Assembly (NCBI GenBank): GCA_964016885.1
Contig: OZ024743.1
Location: 169,074,001-169,138,000, forward strand
DNA: 64,000 nucleotides
Direction: 5' to 3'
Source of the DNA: Eledone cirrhosa
Taxonomy: Eukaryota
Position 1 is the stretch's first letter. Every line of letters begins with the position of its first letter. The position numbers and the translations under genes were made by a program. Below the pieces are notes generated by a model. The model did not search any database. It had not been told where the DNA came from and saw only the letters and a program-made list of their open reading frames with translations. Positions 1 to 15,059 of this stretch are shown piece after piece.

Positions 1-641
1 ATCTGTGGAGAGAGAGAGGAGACTGTGGCTCACATTGTGTCCGAGTGTAAACACCTAGCCCAGACCCACTATAAGGGCTGGAGACACGATGTGATGGGCA
101 GGGTGATCCACTGGCACCTGTGCAAAGTAAACAATTTACCACATTCTGAGAAATGGTATGAGCATAGGCCAGAGGCGGTGATGGAGAACAGTCAGGTGAA
201 GGTGCTGTGGGATTTTAGGATACAGACGGACAAAAAACTGGAACACAATAGACCTGACCTGGTGGTTGTGGACAAAGAAAAAAGATCGTGCCTGATTGTG
301 GATGTGGCCTGCCCGTTCGACACGAGAGTGCAAGAGAAGGAGAGGGAGAAAATTAACCGATACCAGGACCTAAAGTGGGAGGTGAAAAGGATTTGGAACT
401 GCCATGAAGTCAAAGTGATCCCGATTGTCATAGGCGCACTGGGGACTATCTCCAAAGGTTTCCAGGGATGGTTAAAGAAAATCGGCCCCTTCACGCTTTT
501 TGGAACGCTTCAAAAGGCATGCTTGCTTGGAACGGCAAGAACCCTCCGATACGTCCTGAATATCTGAGGCTGCAGGTAGTGGCTTGATATTCAATCCAAC
601 GGACTTTCCAGTTAACCAACATCAATGACTGAGATTCAAGG
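1..641 (+). mobile_element. 3' end of R4/Dong-like non-LTR retrotransposon (restriction-like endonuclease domain + 3' UTR), copy 1
   Basis: ORF 25..567 has end of CCHC knuckle (H-I-V-S-E-C), RHD motif, and PD..D REL nuclease (NRPDLVVVD...IVDVACPFD...EKINRY); near-identical to 9324-9963; followed by (AAT)n tail. Confidence 0.92.
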
Positions 642-653
642 AATAACAATAAC

Positions 654-698
<45 letters not shown>
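642..698 (+). repeat. (AAT)n microsatellite, tail/target site shared by Dong-like and Tx1-like elements
   Basis: direct reading. Confidence 0.95.
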
Positions 699-700
<2 letters not shown>

Positions 701-959
701 TTTCTTTATTAACCACAAGGGTTTACATAAAGTAGACATTAAGGACAGTGCAGGACAATGCAGGACGGTACAAATGGGCATTTCTGCGTGTAAAAAACAA
801 AAACAGAGGATGTAACAAAAATAACAATGAAAATAACAATGAAAAATTCCCCAATAGGGGGGAGACTTCGGAGGGACATTTGTGGAGAAAGTCCAGTAAA
901 AAGCCACAATGACCCTGACCACCAAGGCAAGTGCCCTCTCCCAGTTTTCCACCTTTAAT

Positions 960-3900
960 TTACAAACATATACTCAGAGTAGGCCCATTCACTCGGGCCA
1001 TTCTTGCTTCTCTCCCCCATCTTTCAACAAAATGCTGGGAAGAGAGCACTTCCCTCTCTACTCTGATTTTCCTTTTCAAATGAAATTTGAAAAAGTCAAT
1101 CAGAGCATCACCGAAGAGGTAAGTGCTCGTCTTCAGCCCTTTCAAACGTGTCCACCTTACTATCTCTTTCGCCATGGCCACCAGGCAGATAAAAACTGCC
1201 TGCCCTTCCCGGCTAAAGGAGGAGGGCGGGGCAATCCTTACGATGGACTCAGATGATAGCCGGATCCGTCCTAAACGCGACAGCAGGTGTTCGACATAAA
1301 CCCACAAGTCAGCAATTTTCGGACACTGGACGAGTGCGTGCAGGACGGTTTCGTCGCCCTGCGCGCATCTCGGACATGCCCGGCTGACGGCACCTCCATG
1401 CCTGTAGAGTTTATCCCGAACTGGCAAGGCTCCTCGGTAGCACTGCCAGGCCAGAGATTTCTGGAAGTTGTCCATAGGCCCCGGCCCGAAAGTTCTTCCG
1501 AAGAGATTGGCTAGTTGATTTTCGTCGACGCCTAGAGTTTCCCCAAGTACGTCGTCGCTCTTCCCCTCCACTAATCCTCTATAGAACGCCGAGGTGGAGT
1601 TTCCACCGATCACATTGCCCGATTGGTCGAGGGCTGTGAGCGCCTGAAGACATTCCAGTCTCCAGGCGCTCCCTCTCGGTCTTCGCTTGACCCAGGACTG
1701 CAGCTCCGTCAAGGAAACGAGCTGGGGAAACGCGCGTCTAGCAAACGGCTACCACACCTGATCACCGTCGAGGAAGAGGTGGAGATGTCGTAGCCTGAGC
1801 GCGTGCCTGCGCATCATCAGCCACGGCATGCCCAGCCCTCCACGTAGCGGGTGTTGACAACAGATGGACCGCCTGACCATCGGAGCGCGTCCCTTCCACA
1901 AAAAGCGAAAGAGCAAACGCTCCAGCGCAGTCAGGCGAGGCTTAGGACAAGGTACGACGGTCAGGCGGTAGCAGATGACGGACGCGATGTACGCGTTAGC
2001 CACCTCCGCTCGACCTTTCAGGGATAGCTTCCTCTCGGCCCATTTCTTGGTGAGAGAAGCCACCCTGCTCGTCACCTCGTCCCAGTTTTTGTCCGTCTGG
2101 AGGTCCGGACCGAACCAGACCCCTAGCAATTTAACCGGTCCGTCCGTCCAGCGCCCGACGACGCTGTTGGACGGCATGGACCTGCCTCTCCAGGTGCCGA
2201 GCTGCAGGCCCACTGACTTTTCCTGGTTGATCATTGCTCCTGTCACCGCTTCGTATTCTCTTAGTGTAGTGCCGATCGCCTCGATGTGTTTGGCGTTCGA
2301 CACCACTACGGTGACATCGTCCGCATATGCTGACACGGATCTTCCGCATCCTAGTTCGCGCGGGACGCCCCTCAACGTCTCCAGTTTGTGCAGTAATGGC
2401 TCGAGAGTCAATACGTACAAGAGGGACGAGAGGGGACATCCTTGGCGGACCGAGCGCATGATGTTGAACGGTTCCGACAGGTGACCGTTCACTCTCACCA
2501 CAGAGCAGATGTCGCTGTGCATGGCAGCGATCCAGCCTCTGAAGACGGGCCCAAAGCCAGCCGCCCTCAGGACTGCCGCTAGGTAGCGATGGTCGACCCT
2601 ATCGAAAGCTTTCGACTGATCTAAATTGATCAAGGACCCACCCGTGCCAGGTTCCCGAGCTACCCTCTCTACGATGTATCGCATGAGGTGGAGGTTGTCG
2701 TGGATGGATCTGTCGGGAATGGCGCATGTCTGCGCCTCTCCCACCAGACCACCAACGACAAGCGCCAACCTCTTTGCTAGCACCTTGGCCAAAATCTTAA
2801 ACTCTGTGTTTAGCAGAGTTATGGGCCGGAAATTGTCTATGTTATCCCCCTTGTTCGGATCCTTTCTCAGCAGTGCCACCGCTCCTCGGCTCACAGAACT
2901 GGGAATTCTCCCGTTCTGTTGCCAGTTGCAGTAGACGTCCGCCAAGAGGCCTCCGAACAAGTCTGGCATCTGTACGTAAAGTTCATAGGGCAGACCATCC
3001 AAACCAGGCGATTTACCCCTTGTGCAGCCAGTCATTGCCTCCCTTACTTCAGCGGCTGTTATCGGCTTTTCGCAACACTTCGCCTCAGTGGCCGAGAGCC
3101 GCGGCAGTCCGTCGAGGTAGACACTAAAGTCCATCCCTCTACCCGGCCCACCGCTGCCCCCGAACAGCTGAGCGAAGTGTCGCTGAAAAGCTTCACACAT
3201 TTGCCCGGGATCGAGTAGCATGCGCCCGTCGTGGTCCACCAAAGACCGGATCGTGGCTTTGTTGCCACGACGCGCCTCCGCCACGCGGGCCCATTGAACG
3301 GCTTTCGTCCCCTCGTGTCTGAGAGCACGCACCCTTGCTCTGACAACGCAGCCTTCGTGCTTTGCATTGAAGAATTGGTCAAGGGCCAATTTCGCCGCAA
3401 GCACGTCGGTCGCAATGCCTTTGCTAAGCGCCTCGTCTAATTTTCTAACTAGTTCTCCCTCTGCTCTATTTTTCTCTATTGCTAAAGCCTTACTAAACCT
3501 AATCGATTCTATTCTAATCGCTCTTTTCAGAGCAAACCACCACTTGTTGTTGACGATGGCCCCAGTCAACGCCCGCTTAACTAGTTCGCTAATCCGGTCT
3601 CTGTAGGCCTTGCGCGCTGGTAAGGACGCGTTTAGCTTCCAGTAGCCGGGTCCTCGTCTATGAAGCCTATCTAAGTCAAGCACACAGATCACGAATTTGT
3701 GGTCCGTGTAGCTGACTATCTTGAATTGTGGACAGCCTATGCTAGACCTATCTATTTCCCTACAAAATACTCTATCTAGATATGATCTGGATGACCCTAT
3801 GCGGTTTGTCCAAGTCCACATTGGCACATTCGGGAAATCCAATCGGTACCTGTCAGACAGTTCAAAACGCCTGAGCAGGTTGGTGAGGCTCTTGCACCCT

Positions 3901-4379
3901 CCACCCCTATCTGCTAATCCCACACAGTCCCAGCGTGCATCTAAGATCCCGTTCCAGTCGCCCACTAACACTAAAGAGCGGGACGTTCCAAGAAAGGTCT
4001 CCAGACGCCGGAAGAAATCAGGCCGCCCTGCTCCTGTCGGGGCATAGACGGCCACTAGCCTGAAAGCTTGCCCGTCTCCGCTGGTCACGTCCAGCACCAC
4101 CAGCTTACCCTCTGGGTCCAGGAAGATGGCCCGTATGGCGAGATCCAAACCTCTCCGAAAAAGCACAGCAACTCCTCCACCGGATCCAGGACGGCTGGGA
4201 GGTGCGTACACATCGTCGCCGCCGAAGATCGGTGCGAAGGCCCGTGCTTCGGAGATTCTGGTCTCGCTGATGGCCACTACATCTATGTTTAGTGACCTGA
4301 GGTCGTTGAGCAGGTGACCCTGCTTCCATGACGACCCCAAGCCACGCGCATTTATGCTGCCTATTCTGAGTGAGGTCAT
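960..4379 (-). pseudogene. ORF2: apurinic-type endonuclease + reverse transcriptase + zf-RVT, interrupted by one in-frame TAG at 1749-1751
   Basis: SINARGL/SET/GDWN/SYLDR/TDH endonuclease motifs; KSPGLDG, FRPITLLN, DQSKAFD, QGCPLS, YADD RT motifs; CPRC..DETVLHALVQC in 960..1712, which is in the same frame as 1749..4379. Confidence 0.92.
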
Positions 4380-4414
4380 GTTTAAAATAGAGTGGAAAAG
4401 ATGGGAAAGACCAC

Positions 4415-4723
4415 TTACCGTACTTTTGGTAGAGGAAGGATGGTTTTAACATCCCTTTTCACTTGATCGTCTGGTGAAGGGACCGTTGAATCGTCCCTTC
4501 GGCTGGTCGTCGGCTCTTCTAAGAGAATGTCTGAATATACTCTTCGATTGATGGTTCCTCCTAGGTCCCTGAAATCACCAACTGCGTTGGGGAATTTCGT
4601 TTTAATGTTTGTGTATTGTTTCTGTGCTATTTTTAGCAGTCTTATGTTAGTTGGCGTTTTGATTGGTGCTGGTATTATGTAGTCCTGTTGTGAAATGTCT
4701 GTGTGTTCAATTATGTAAGTCAT
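4415..4723 (-). CDS. Small ORF between ORF1 and ORF2 (possibly frameshifted ORF1 C-terminus)
   Basis: 102 aa ATG-started ORF, protein-like composition, different frame from ORF1 and open upstream across the ORF1 stop. Confidence 0.4.
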   Translation of the reverse strand: MTYIIEHTDISQQDYIIPAPIKTPTNIRLLKIAQKQYTNIKTKFPNAVGDFRDLGGTINRRVYSDILLEEPTTSRRDDSTVPSPDDQVKRDVKTILPLPKVR

Positions 4724-4743
4724 TAGTTTCTTGTTGTGTGTAT

Positions 4744-6510
4744 TTATTGTCGTGCATTTGTTTTTCTGGGGGTGGGTGTGGTTCTGCTATTTTCTTGTCG
4801 TTGTTGCTGGGTGTGTGTGTTTTGTTGTTGTGTTTGCGATGTTGGTGCTTGTGGTGGTGGTGTTGAAGGTGTTGTTGGCGGTGGGGTTGTCGCCGGTGGT
4901 GATGGTGGTGCTAGTGTGGGTGGTGATGGTGTTGGTGTTGTTGCTGCTGTGGGTCTCTTTGCAGTAGACTTTACCCTTTTCTCATTTCTTTCCTCCCTTT
5001 TCAAAGGCGACGATGCGCTGCTTCTGCGTTTGTGCCTTCTTACGACCTTTTGCCATCCCTCTCCCACCTCACACTCCATGTCTGATTCTGTGAGGTCGGG
5101 GAGGGGTACCAGCTCCACTCTTTCACTTGTTGTTGTTGGTGATGTTTGCACTGGAGTCTCTGTTGCAGCTGCATTTGGTATTGCTGTTGTTGTTGTTAAT
5201 ATATCCACTGCTGCTGCTGTTTTTGATTTCCGTGGAGTGGGTATGGGTGCCACGGGCCTATCGTTCCTGGTTGCCGCTTGTCCTGTTGCTGGTAGCCGTG
5301 GAGCCGGATTCGGAAGGAGGGGGGTTTTCTCCTTTCTCAGGGTCTTCTCGTTGCAGAAGGCCCTGAGGTGAGTCTTCGATCCACAGCGAAAGCATTTCGG
5401 GCGTTTGCCCTCAACACTTATGGGCAGTTGAGTGCCGTTATCGAAGTCTATCACATCCGGGATAGCTTCGATGCACTCCTGGTTGGTTTGGATTAGCATC
5501 TCAATGGAGGAGCCGACCCAATCTTCTCTTACTTTTTTCTGTACTTGCAGTACAGTTGTTTTGTCCTCGATTCCGACGAGGACAGACGCGGCCAGCCAAG
5601 AAGGGATTATTCCGGGGGGGACGTGGGTCAGTTTGACCCTCACAATTTTTTGCCCGCAGTAGGAGGGCACCAACACCATTTCCTCGCTCCTTAGGGTCAC
5701 TACTGATTGGCTCTTTGCCTCCTGGGGTGTGGCAAAAAGTACGTCTACGGTGGCATATTTTTTGCCTCTGGTGATGTGCGTTTTCCGCTGCCACACAGAC
5801 CCCAAGGCTTTTTGTATTTGGGCCTCTGTGGCTCTTTCCACCCTACGGGATTTTGTACTTACTGTACGGTACGTGACCGTACAGGGCTCTTGGCTTTCGA
5901 AAAATTTTTCCGCTGCCTTGCAGATTGCTCGGTGTCCGTTCTTTGTCACCATCTTCTTCGCTTCCTCTAATTCCTCATTTGTTATGAGGATTGTTTCCAA
6001 GTTTTTCGCAATACCTGCAAATGAGATTGGTTTTTCTCGGCTGTTGTTGTTGTCGTCAGAGCTGCTGGTACTTTTGTTGTTGCTGCAGGTACTACGACTA
6101 CTGCCTCCGCCGCTGTTGCTGTGGTTGTTGTTGGTGTTGCTGCTGCTAATGCTGTTGTTGTTTATGCTGCTGGTGATGCTGTTGCGGCTGCTACTGTTGT
6201 TTTCATTGTCACTGTTGCTGTTGTTATTACGGCTGCTACTGCTATTATTCCTGACGTCAGATGAATGAACTGGGTTTTCGTATTTCCCGCACACCTGTTT
6301 CGTCGCTGTCGTCGTCGTCGTGGAGAAACCTTGCACGCTTTGCACGAGACTTTTCTTTTCTTTCGTCACTTGCGAAAGAGAAGGGAGGGAGAGAGACACA
6401 TTTAAAGAAGGGAGGGAGAGAGACAATCTTCTCTCTGCTGTAGTGATGATTGAGGAAGAAGTAGACGGAATGAGTGGGAGTGACGTATGAAATTTCTTTT
6501 TCGTAGCCAT
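4744..6510 (-). CDS. ORF1 gag-like nucleic-acid-binding protein of L1/Tx1 element
   Basis: 588 aa; SFAGIA motif, CCHC knuckle CFRCGSKTHLRAFC, WQKVVRRHKRR basic motif; S/N- and P/T/Q-rich low-complexity arms. Confidence 0.85.
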   Translation of the reverse strand: MATKKKFHTSLPLIPSTSSSIITTAERRLSLSLPSLNVSLSLPSLSQVTKEKKSLVQSVQGFSTTTTTATKQVCGKYENPVHSSDVRNNSSSSRNNNSNSDNENNSSSRNSITSSINNNSISSSNTNNNHSNSGGGSSRSTCSNNKSTSSSDDNNNSREKPISFAGIAKNLETILITNEELEEAKKMVTKNGHRAICKAAEKFFESQEPCTVTYRTVSTKSRRVERATEAQIQKALGSVWQRKTHITRGKKYATVDVLFATPQEAKSQSVVTLRSEEMVLVPSYCGQKIVRVKLTHVPPGIIPSWLAASVLVGIEDKTTVLQVQKKVREDWVGSSIEMLIQTNQECIEAIPDVIDFDNGTQLPISVEGKRPKCFRCGSKTHLRAFCNEKTLRKEKTPLLPNPAPRLPATGQAATRNDRPVAPIPTPRKSKTAAAVDILTTTTAIPNAAATETPVQTSPTTTSERVELVPLPDLTESDMECEVGEGWQKVVRRHKRRSSASSPLKREERNEKRVKSTAKRPTAATTPTPSPPTLAPPSPPATTPPPTTPSTPPPQAPTSQTQQQNTHTQQQRQENSRTTPTPRKTNARQ

Positions 6511-7647
6511 GTTGTTTTTTTTTTAAATGAATATTGGGTACAAAACCCCAATAACTGGTTATTTAACCCCGAAGGGCCAAATAACGGACAGAAAGACCCC
6601 TCTCACGAGGAGGAGGGTGTCTTTATCAACAATTTGGTTCAAGTTTTAAACAATTTACAATTGTTTTAACGGTTAAAAATTACTATACCTTACAGAGCCG
6701 AGCCTCCGTCAACCATGGCATTCAATAATAATAATAATAATTGTTATAAGGCTCAAATATTCAAATATTCAACTTTGTATTGTACACTGTATATCCAAAA
6801 AAGAAAATGGCTATAAATGGAAGAAGAACCCCCCCCCTCCTCTGTCTACACTATATAGAACAGCCAAACTCACCATCACCAGAAACTAGATACACCACTC
6901 ACCTCATCACCCGTGTACACTAAACACAACAGCCAGATAACGGCAATTTCACCACCACCGCTCACTACTGCCATCATTACCACCACTATCCCATCACCGC
7001 CGCCACCACTCCTTCACTCCTTCACTGCTACCACCGCTACAGCACCATCACTACAGTAATACGGTCACATCACCGCCACCACTGCCTCGGTATCGACATC
7101 ACCACCACCACTGTCTCAGTATTGCTACCGCCGCCAGTCTTCCACCTCTCCCAGATGGCTGCTGCCACCACATTATAGAATTCCTACTACTAAAAAAGAG
7201 GAAGGCATCAAAATATATAGATAGACTCAAAAGAAAAAAGAAAAAACAAACAACAAAACCAAAGCAGCACAGCAACAACAGCAAAAAACGAGAAAAACAA
7301 ACAGAGAAAAGCAAAAACAAAAAAAAACAAAAAACGTAAAGAAAATAAGAATGAAGAGAGAAGCAGGCGGACGGACAGAGAAGAGGGGGGGGGGGGGAAC
7401 TAAAACTAAAAAAACAAAAACTAAGTCAGACATTCGAACACTACATTACAATGAAACTTATGCTTTTTTGGGGCCCTTTCTGCCTGTGTGTTTGTTTGTT
7501 TATGTGTGTTCGTATACAGCGTGGTGACAATGTCACACAAGGGCCAAGTGGAACGGCGAATCCACAGATGGCTATGTAACCAGACATTCGCCAATCCTCG
7601 ATAAGAGTGTTTAAATATCGAACATAAACAGTTCGAATAACGGTGAA

Positions 7648-8800
7648 ATGGAGACTAGAACGTCATGTGACAGACTCTCACCCAACAGGTGCCCCCTAGC
7701 TCAGCAGCAGGAACCTGACTGTCAACCAAATACTGCTGATGTTGGAGGAAGAAGAAGAAGGAAAGGGGCCAGAACCAACTGGACGAAAGAATTGAATAGA
7801 ACTGTTATGCAATGTTACCTGAAAAGTAACCCCAAGGAGAGGGGCTACAGGAGACGGATGCATAACATCTGGAACGAGATTGGTCTATTTAAATTAGATG
7901 AACAAAAATTGGCCGGGCAGGCTCGGGTAATAAGAACTAATGGGTGGATAAGCGAGCTGGAACTGGAGGAACTGAGCAGAGAGAATGGCTTGGAGATGGC
8001 GGGTGTAGTATGCCAGACAAGCGAGCCAGTGGGAAATGAAGGTGAAGAGGTCCTGAGAACGGAGGAACCACCCGAAGCAGACAATGATCTGAATACTGAG
8101 ATAAATAATACCTGGAACAGAGATACGGCCACTGAGGAGATGAATGCTGACGGGCTAGGACAAGAATCGGTTGACATCCTAAATTTAGTGGTAGATGAAT
8201 TGAACAATGATACTGGGAGACCTATGAACCTAAGATTTGTAGACAGGAAAAAGTTAAAAGAAACAACGGCTAAGGTAAACAAAGTCATCCCATACCTTGA
8301 GGCGAGGAGCCTGCACCAGTGCAACAATATCCTCAAAGCAACAGCAAATACGGCGAGGAAACTACTTGGTATAAAAGCGAGAGGAAACAACAGACAAGAA
8401 AGAGCAGAGCCGTGGTGGAAGAGGCGACTGAGTGGTCAAATCGGGGAAATGAGAAATGACATAGGAAAGCTTGAGTCACTACTGAATGGGACACTAAAAA
8501 ACATAGGCACTAAAAATAGACTGGAAATAAAGTACAAAACTAGGAGCAAAAAGCTAAATATTATCATAGAGGAACTGAAGCAACGCATTGTAGCAAAGAG
8601 TGCAAAAATCAGGCGATACAATAACAGAGTCAGTCAGTATAAACAGAACCGCATGTTCGACAAGAACCAGAAGATGCTGTTTGGACAGCTTGAGGGGAAA
8701 GAAAGAGGCAACGACTTGATCCCTGGGGCGGAGCAAACTAAAACATTCTGGAGAGGAATATGGGAGCAGGATGTTAGACATAATGTCCAGGCAGGGTGGA
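7648..8800 (+). pseudogene. N-terminal part of R4/Dong ORF
   Basis: WTKELN..VMQCY, GYRRRMHNIW, PWWKRRL, RYNNRVSQYKQNRMF, FWRGIW motifs typical of R4/Dong N-termini. Confidence 0.8.
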
Positions 8801-9890
8801 TTCCCGAGCTGTGTCTATTATTAGGTACAGTGCGGGAATTCTGAGATGGAATGTTGCTGAACAAAAAGAAATGGATAGGAAGACTAGGAAGCTATTGACT
8901 ATCTACAACATGTTCCACAAGAGGAGTGATGTCGATAGACTCTACCTAAGGAGATCTGAGGGTGGAAGAGGTCTTATCAGCATAGAGGACTGTGTTCGGA
9001 TGGAGAAAAACAACCTATACAAATACGTGACCTATAGTAAGGAGCCAATGCTCAGAACTGTACTGAAGGAGGGGACAGTAGGCCAGGGGATGTCCAAGGA
9101 GGAAATAACATCAAGGAGGAAGAGCAGCCTTAAGGGAAAGTCCCTTCATAGTACCTTCTTTGAGAAAACTGAATTTAGAGATCCACAGACATGGAACTGG
9201 TTGAGAAGAGGAGACCTCAAAAAGGCTACAGAAGGAATGCTAATGGCTGCGCAGGAGCAGGCCCTCAAAGCGAAGTGGTTGAAGCACCATATCTACAAGG
9301 AGGAGGCTAGCCCACTGTGCAGGATCTGTGGAGAGAAAGAGGAGACTGTGGCTCACATTGTGTCCGAGTGTAAACACCTAGCCCAGACCCACTATAAGGG
9401 CTGGAGACACGATGTGATGGGCAGGGTGATCCATTGGCACCTGTGCAAAGTAAACAATTTACCACATTCTGAGAAATGGTATGAGCATAGGCCAGAGGCG
9501 GTGATGGAGAACAATCAGGTGAAGGTGCTGTGGGATTTTAGGATACAGACGGACAAAAAACTGGAACACAATAGACCTGACCTAGTGGTTGTGGACAAAG
9601 AAAAAAGATCGTGTCTGATTGTGGATGTGGCCTGCCCGTTCGACACGAGAGTGCAAGAGAAGGAGAGGGAGAAAATTAACCGATACCAGGACCTAAAGTG
9701 GGAGGTGAAAAGGATTTGGAACTGCCATGAAGTCAAAGTGATCCCGATTGTCATAGGCGCACTGGGGACTATCTCCAAAAGTTTCCAGGGATGGTTAAAG
9801 AAAATCGGCCCCTTCACGCTTTTTGGAACGCTTCAAAAGGCATGCTTGCTTGGAACAGCAAGAACCCTCCGATACGTCCTGAATATCTGA
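8801..9890 (+). pseudogene. C-terminal part of R4/Dong ORF (thumb, CCHC zinc knuckle, REL endonuclease)
   Basis: RLYLRRSEGGRGL, AAQEQAL, CRICGEKEETVAHIVSEC, RPDLVVVD motifs. Confidence 0.88.
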
Positions 9891-10070
9891 GGCTGCAGGT
9901 AGTGGCTTGATATTCATTCCAACGGACTTTCCAGTTAACCAACATCAATGACTGAGATTCAAGGAATAACAACAATAATAATAATAATAATAATAATAAT
10001 GATGATTTCATTTATTAGCCACAAGGGCCGACATGTAGGGGCCAATACAAAAACAGGGCCAGTGGGGGTT

Positions 10071-10102
<32 letters not shown>

Positions 10103-10103
<1 letters not shown>

Positions 10104-10149
10104 GGCGGTGCCCCAGCATGGCCTCAGCCGGATGGCTGAAACAGGTAAA

Positions 10150-10152
<3 letters not shown>
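10103..10152 (+). mobile_element. SINE/RTE-type 3' tail fragment
   Basis: GGCGGTGCCCCAGCATGGCC...GGCTGAAAC..TAAAAGA resembles the RTE-derived tail of octopus SINEs (from recall). Confidence 0.55.
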
Positions 10153-11589
<1,437 letters not shown>

Positions 11590-11593
11590 GAAC

Positions 11594-11696
<103 letters not shown>

Positions 11697-11924
11697 CAAA
11701 AATACATTCACCCGCATATACATACATACACCAACGCAACACATACACAAAAATAATCCATATATATACATATATATACATATATATACATATATACATA
11801 TACATATACATAAACCCATACGCATATATATATATAAATATCATATAAATCCACACACGCTAATATAAACATATCCTGAAACACATACATAGACATACAC
11901 ATACACGCATACCATACATCCACA

Positions 11925-12200
11925 CCAATAAGTAATGGTTTAAACATAACATATACTTACCTCCCACATCAAGACGTAAATTATCCGCGTATTTTTCGTA
12001 CTATCCGTTAGGGTATAATGTGGGGCTGTAATACAGGAATGTTTTATGCAATTTGTATTTACAAGCCGAAAAAGACTCAGATGTTTAAGATGAGGCTATT
12101 GGCCTAGAGTGTTTCCAGGGTAAAGATCGCAAGGTCTTTTGTATCCGTTATACGATCTAGCTTGTAAGTGTAACCTATATTGGGTGTGGTTGTTTTTATG
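11925..12200 (-). mobile_element. PLE 3' fragment (GIY-YIG C-terminus/3' UTR)
   Basis: homologous to 15060-15340 and to the reverse complement of 45880-46140. Confidence 0.65.
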
Positions 12201-12624
12201 TCCATAAAAACAAAAAACAGGAATAACCATCTGTTGCTCCATTGAGACATTACCAAATGGTAAATCAATGTCTTAATACTGTCAAAAAATGGTTATATAA
12301 TGTATGTATATGTACATATGCATCTATACTTACATACATGTATATATGTGTATGCGTGTGTGTGTGTGTGTCTGTATATATATATATATATATGTATGTG
12401 TGTATATATATATATGTATGTATATATATATATCTGTATTATTTTTGACCGTCGGTCAGTCAATGGCAACATTGAGGAACGAATAAATTAGAAGCGAAAA
12501 GCGAAAACCAACCAAACAGTGAGTGTGTTCTGTTATTAATTCTGGCAATATTACACAAATATGACCCTCCCCAAGTATAACAATATTTGTTTCGACACAC
12601 GATTTCATATAAAAAACCTCGCAA

Positions 12625-14040
<1,416 letters not shown>

Positions 14041-14389
14041 ATATAACTGCTCTGTAGAACAACTGATGTCATTACATTGAGCTATGTATCTTACTGGTAA
14101 TAAGGTAGTAATAAATTACTGACCTTCACTGTTTAGGGTTTAAAATATATATAACTATAAAAGTTTTAGTATATACATAACCATAAATAGTATCCTTAAT
14201 ATTATATATATATATATATGTATATATATCCCCCACCATCCTTTACTCATATTTCTTCCTCTTCCTTAACTTTTCCAACCCCCCTCACTTTTTCCCAATC
14301 TCATACATCCATCTTAATTTATCTTTCATATGTTGATTTAAAACTTCACTGTTCACAAGTGTTTTTTAAGCTTCATATCATGTCTCCCT

Positions 14390-14458
14390 ATTTTATCTGA
14401 TGAGAACGCAGATATCATCCCATGGTGATATTTATTTTTGAAATGCGCATAAAAAATA
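14390..14458 (+). ncRNA. Minimal Type I hammerhead ribozyme motif
   Basis: ATTTTAT-CTGATGA-[stem II with GATATCA/TGATATT]-GAAA-TGCGCA-TA-AAAAATA. Confidence 0.6.
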
Positions 14459-14488
14459 CTTGGAACTCTTTTAAACATCTTTTGATCT

Positions 14489-14532
<44 letters not shown>

Positions 14533-14801
14533 TATGTATATATACTACATATATATATATATATATATATACATATATATATACATATATATACATATAT
14601 ATATATATACATATATATATACATATATATATATATATAATAGATATATATAATAGATATATATATATGTGTATATGTGTATGTATATACACTCGTATGT
14701 CTATATATATATATGTGTGTATATTTATGTACATATACATGTATATGTGTGTATATATGTGTATATATGTGTATATATGTGTATATGTGTGTATATATGC
14801 A

Positions 14802-14872
<71 letters not shown>

Positions 14873-14974
14873 TTACACTCACCCGCATATACATACAAAC
14901 ACCAACACAACACATACACAACAATAATCCAGTATATATGTATATATATACATATACATATACATAAACACACA

Positions 14975-15015
<41 letters not shown>

Positions 15016-15059
15016 GTCATATAAATCCACACGCGCACATAAACGCATACCCATACATC

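Larger units (their letters stand above)
699..6723 (-). mobile_element. Near full-length L1/Tx1-clade non-LTR retrotransposon inserted in (ATT)n
   Basis: ORF1 with zinc knuckle, ORF2 APE-RT-zf; AATAAA just before the 3' (ATT)n; (AAT)n on both sides (642-698, 6724-6741). Confidence 0.88.
6742..9963 (+). mobile_element. R4/Dong-like element copy 2 with internal deletion of the RT core (5' boundary uncertain)
   Basis: N-terminal ORF 7648..8844 fused out of frame at ~8800 to post-RT thumb/CCHC/REL ORF 8796..9890; no YMDD/QGD motifs; (AAT)n at both ends. Confidence 0.8.

Noticed and set aside
1749-1751. Programmed readthrough of the TAG in Tx1 ORF2
   Set aside because: A single point mutation (e.g. 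TCG->TAG) is the simpler explanation; one copy only
1975-6268. Plus-strand ORFs overlapping the Tx1 element
   Set aside because: Antisense shadows of GC-rich or low-complexity coding sequence
7520-7610. Possible HDV-like ribozyme in the Dong 5' UTR (GGCGAAT/ATTCGCC, TCCTCG)
   Set aside because: Could not assemble the nested double pseudoknot (P2, P3, J4/2) by eye; needs a descriptor search
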